64,000 nucleotides of DNA, taken from the NCBI GenBank assembly GCA_977017645.1, contig OZ360235.1:39060001-39124000 (forward strand). The letters run 5' to 3'. This DNA comes from Torpedo marmorata (lineage: Eukaryota). Positions 61,099 to 64,000 of this stretch are shown here, one piece after another. A program made the translations under genes and the position numbers. Within the stretch, counting starts at the first letter, position 1; every line of letters starts with the position of its first letter. The notes beneath the pieces are model-generated. The model did not search any database and was not told where the DNA came from. It saw only the letters and a program-made list of their open reading frames with translations.

Positions 61099-63111
61099 AG
61101 TATCCTGGTATAAATTTCATCAGGCCATGGAGATTTATTTACCTTAATGTTTCATAAGACACCCAACACCTTGTCCTGACCTTGCCATCCCAAGAACCAA
61201 TCTAGTGAACTTTTGTCGCACTTCCTCTTTGGAAAGTAAACTCTTTGCTCGATAAAAGCCAAGGTTACACATAGTACTCTATGTGTGGTCTTACTAAGAC
61301 TGTATATTTGTTAAAATATATCCTTGCTCCTAGACTGAAATCAGATCAGCATGAAAAAAAACCATTGAGAACAGACGGAAATTAAAACCATTGGGTAGCT
61401 CACAGCCGATATTTAATGGCTGGGCATGGTCGAAGGGCAAAATTACACATTTCTACTCTTGTTTTCATTGGAGCATTGTATATTTGGCGCCTTGCAAGCT
61501 GATGACAATATTGAGAGTAGAACCTCCATAATCTGATCATGACTGAAGATCTGACTGGCTTTTAGGTGACACCATTCAGGGAACAGAATATTTCAAAAAG
61601 ACAGGTGTTCCAGACATTGGATTCATCAGAGTGAACATAAATACACCTTCCTTTCTAATACTGAACAGAATAATATTCATCACTGGATTGTATTGTGAGA
61701 TTATTTCAGTGATCATGAAGATATTGCTAACTTCATTCAGGGCACAAAAATTGTTTCCTTGACGTGTATATTATAGTAATATTTAATCGTTATAACAAAG
61801 TCAGCAGATCAAGGAGAAAAATCTATGTCCAGATTATGGTGATTGTAATGCTATGTTGAATGTTTAAGGTTCAGTGCCTTCCATTGCTGTGAGAAAGGTT
61901 GAATGGGAGGCAAATTTTGTCCACAAATTATCTTGATGACTTGCAAGATGTAAATATGTTGTTCTATTGTAATTTTAATCTGTTACTGTATTTAGAAAAA
62001 ATTAAATTTGGATTTTAATGTACAATTTTTGGATTCAAGAGGACACAATGAAAACTTAAAATGAACCACTGCAAGGAATTGCAAAGAAAACACTATATTT
62101 ATAATCTTGATGTAACAAAGCAGAAATTTCCCTGAACTATTATAATTACCGGTATATTTTAGCAACAAAAGCAACTCGTACTGAAAGTGTCAGCCAATAA
62201 TTGTTTGAAACTCTTGTCTCTTTTTTGTACTTTCTTAATGCTGATTTTGTTTGTCTCAGGAATAGCATGCAAAGGGAAGCATTTTACCTTTGAACTATTT
62301 CCTGAACTTGAACGTTGCAAGGCAATCATCTTCTGTTTCAGTCTTGCTCCTCAATGCATCATTCGAAGATTACCAAAGCAATATTTCCTTTGTTTTGAAA
62401 TGTATGTTAAGAAAAAGTGCTGGGAATGTGGACAGAGAAAAACATTTAACTTTCCCAGTTAGACCTTTCGTTCTCATCAGTTCTAATGAAAGGTCATTGA
62501 TCTGAGACATTGACCTGAAATTTGCAGACATTGTGAATCAATGGTACATGACCCTTGCTGCTAACTTTGAAGAAAACTTCTCCACAAATATCTACTGATC
62601 TATTACTGTCTTGCATAAGTTCACTCAGATGTTTGGTATTGTCTTTAACCTGCCTAAGCATCCAATTGCATGAAAGACTTTTGATGATCTGCAAATTGAG
62701 AAGGAAAAAACATGTTTTATTAACCTTTAACCTTATTCACCTTTTAAAAAAAATTGAAATGAAAATAAGATCGGAGCAAGCACACATGGTTAAGATAGAA
62801 ACTAAAATAACTTCTTAAAAAAATTAAATCCATTACATTTTTTGCTGGCATTCATGGCAAACACAGTTGTTGGAAGGAGGTGCTTGTTTTGTCATGTATT
62901 TACAAACTAAGTCCTTATACAACTTTCTGCTGTGTATCTGGAGAGTTGCATCTTAAAAGGGGGTGATGTTACGGTTTGCATTTCCCGCTGTGTCCTGCTG
63001 TGAGCAGTATGTGGAAGGCAACAGCTCAGATCTACAGCTGTTGCCATTTGGTGGCAGATTTTATCCACAATAATCAGGCAATGATATGCATGCAGTGACA
63101 TGTCTAAATTG

Positions 63112-63515
63112 AGAATTGGGTGGCATAACGGCGCAACTAGTAGAACTAGTAGAATTGGGTGGCATAATGGCGCAACTAGTAGAACTGTTGCCTCCCAATG
63201 TCTGAGACCTCGTTCAATCCTTACCCCAGGAACTGTTTGAGTGAAGTTTGATCGTTCTCCCTGTGACAGCGTGGATTTCCTCTGGGTGCTTTGGTTTCCT
63301 CCGACATCCCCAAAACATGGGTTGGTAAGTTAATTGACGACTGTAAATTGCTGCTGGTAGGTGGGTGAGTGGTAGAATCTGGGGCGGGTAGTTGATGAGA
63401 AAGTTAGGAGAATAAAAGATCTGATTAATGTATGATGAGATTTAAAGGATGGTTGGTGCAGACACAGCAGGCTGAGGAGCCTGTTTCCGTGCTGTATGTC
63501 TTTATGACTAATTAT
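63112..63515 (+). mobile_element. Older V-SINE with tandemly duplicated head
   Basis: 36-bp head segment repeated (63112-63147, 63151-63186), then V-domain GCGTGGATTTCCTCTGGGTGCTTTGGTTTCCTCCC. Confidence 0.75.
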
Positions 63516-63738
63516 AAGCAGATTATGGTTAATGTGACAAAGTATTAGATCTCAGCAGGATATTTTAAAAATTGTTGTCTAGAACCAGATAACTGGTTGG
63601 ATGATTCAGTCTGATGTTAAGATGCATAAATGGTTGGTAATCATTATTTTCACATGACCTTGACGTGATTATTTTGGACCAGTATATTTATCTTATCAGC
63701 AAAACTGTAATCAAAAAAATGACAAAATATGCTCTGAT

Positions 63739-64000
63739 TGTTACGTCGCAGACCAGCAGCAATAGAAATTCACCAAGAGACTGTTATTGTTCTTCTTTTT
63801 AAGCAATATATTTATTAACAACTACTAATAATATAACATCTTAATTAAATTTACCCCAACTATGCGTGAATATACTTGTGTGTGTGTGTGTGTGTGATAC
63901 CCAAACAGCTTAGGCACAATTCTGCGAAGTCATTCCAAAGTTCAGTCTTAGAAATCCTGTGTTGAAACTCAGACTTTTAAACTGATGCCCAGAAATAATC
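63739..64000 (-). mobile_element. Edge of another LTR related to 60223-61098 (runs off the window)
   Basis: TGTTAC...ACCAGCA start, TATTTATTAA and a (TG)n block in the same order as in the 60223 LTR. Confidence 0.55.

Noticed and set aside
51544-64000. LRRN3 or further IMMP2L exons
   Set aside because: There is no long LRR ORF on the minus strand and no SP.NP....IKR-type exon was found. They are expected beyond the window.

Overview
AT-rich, repeat-dense vertebrate genomic DNA, most likely from a cartilaginous fish (inferred from HE1/V-SINE-type SINEs and CR1, Rex1, fish-type L1 and Penelope repeats). Two host genes lie in tandem on the + strand in the same order as in mammals. The first is the last 8 coding exons of DOCK4 (8406-25275, ending ...RKVSQL*), followed by a possibly very long 3'UTR. 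The second is IMMP2L, with a CpG-island promoter (~42.8-43.4 kb) and its first two coding exons (46781-46915, 51440-51543). All splice phases were checked by hand. Nearly all other ORFs in the track are retroelement fragments or noise. The most notable non-genic observations are: a short 5S-rRNA-headed SINE with a shared LINE-type 3' tail module; two L1-clade insertions with twin-priming 5' inversions and intact TSDs; young TSD-flanked Penelope terminal-repeat insertions carrying a hammerhead-ribozyme-like core; a Chapaev3-type transposon; several nested insertions; and rearranged solo LTRs. Family assignments rest on recalled motifs, not database searches.
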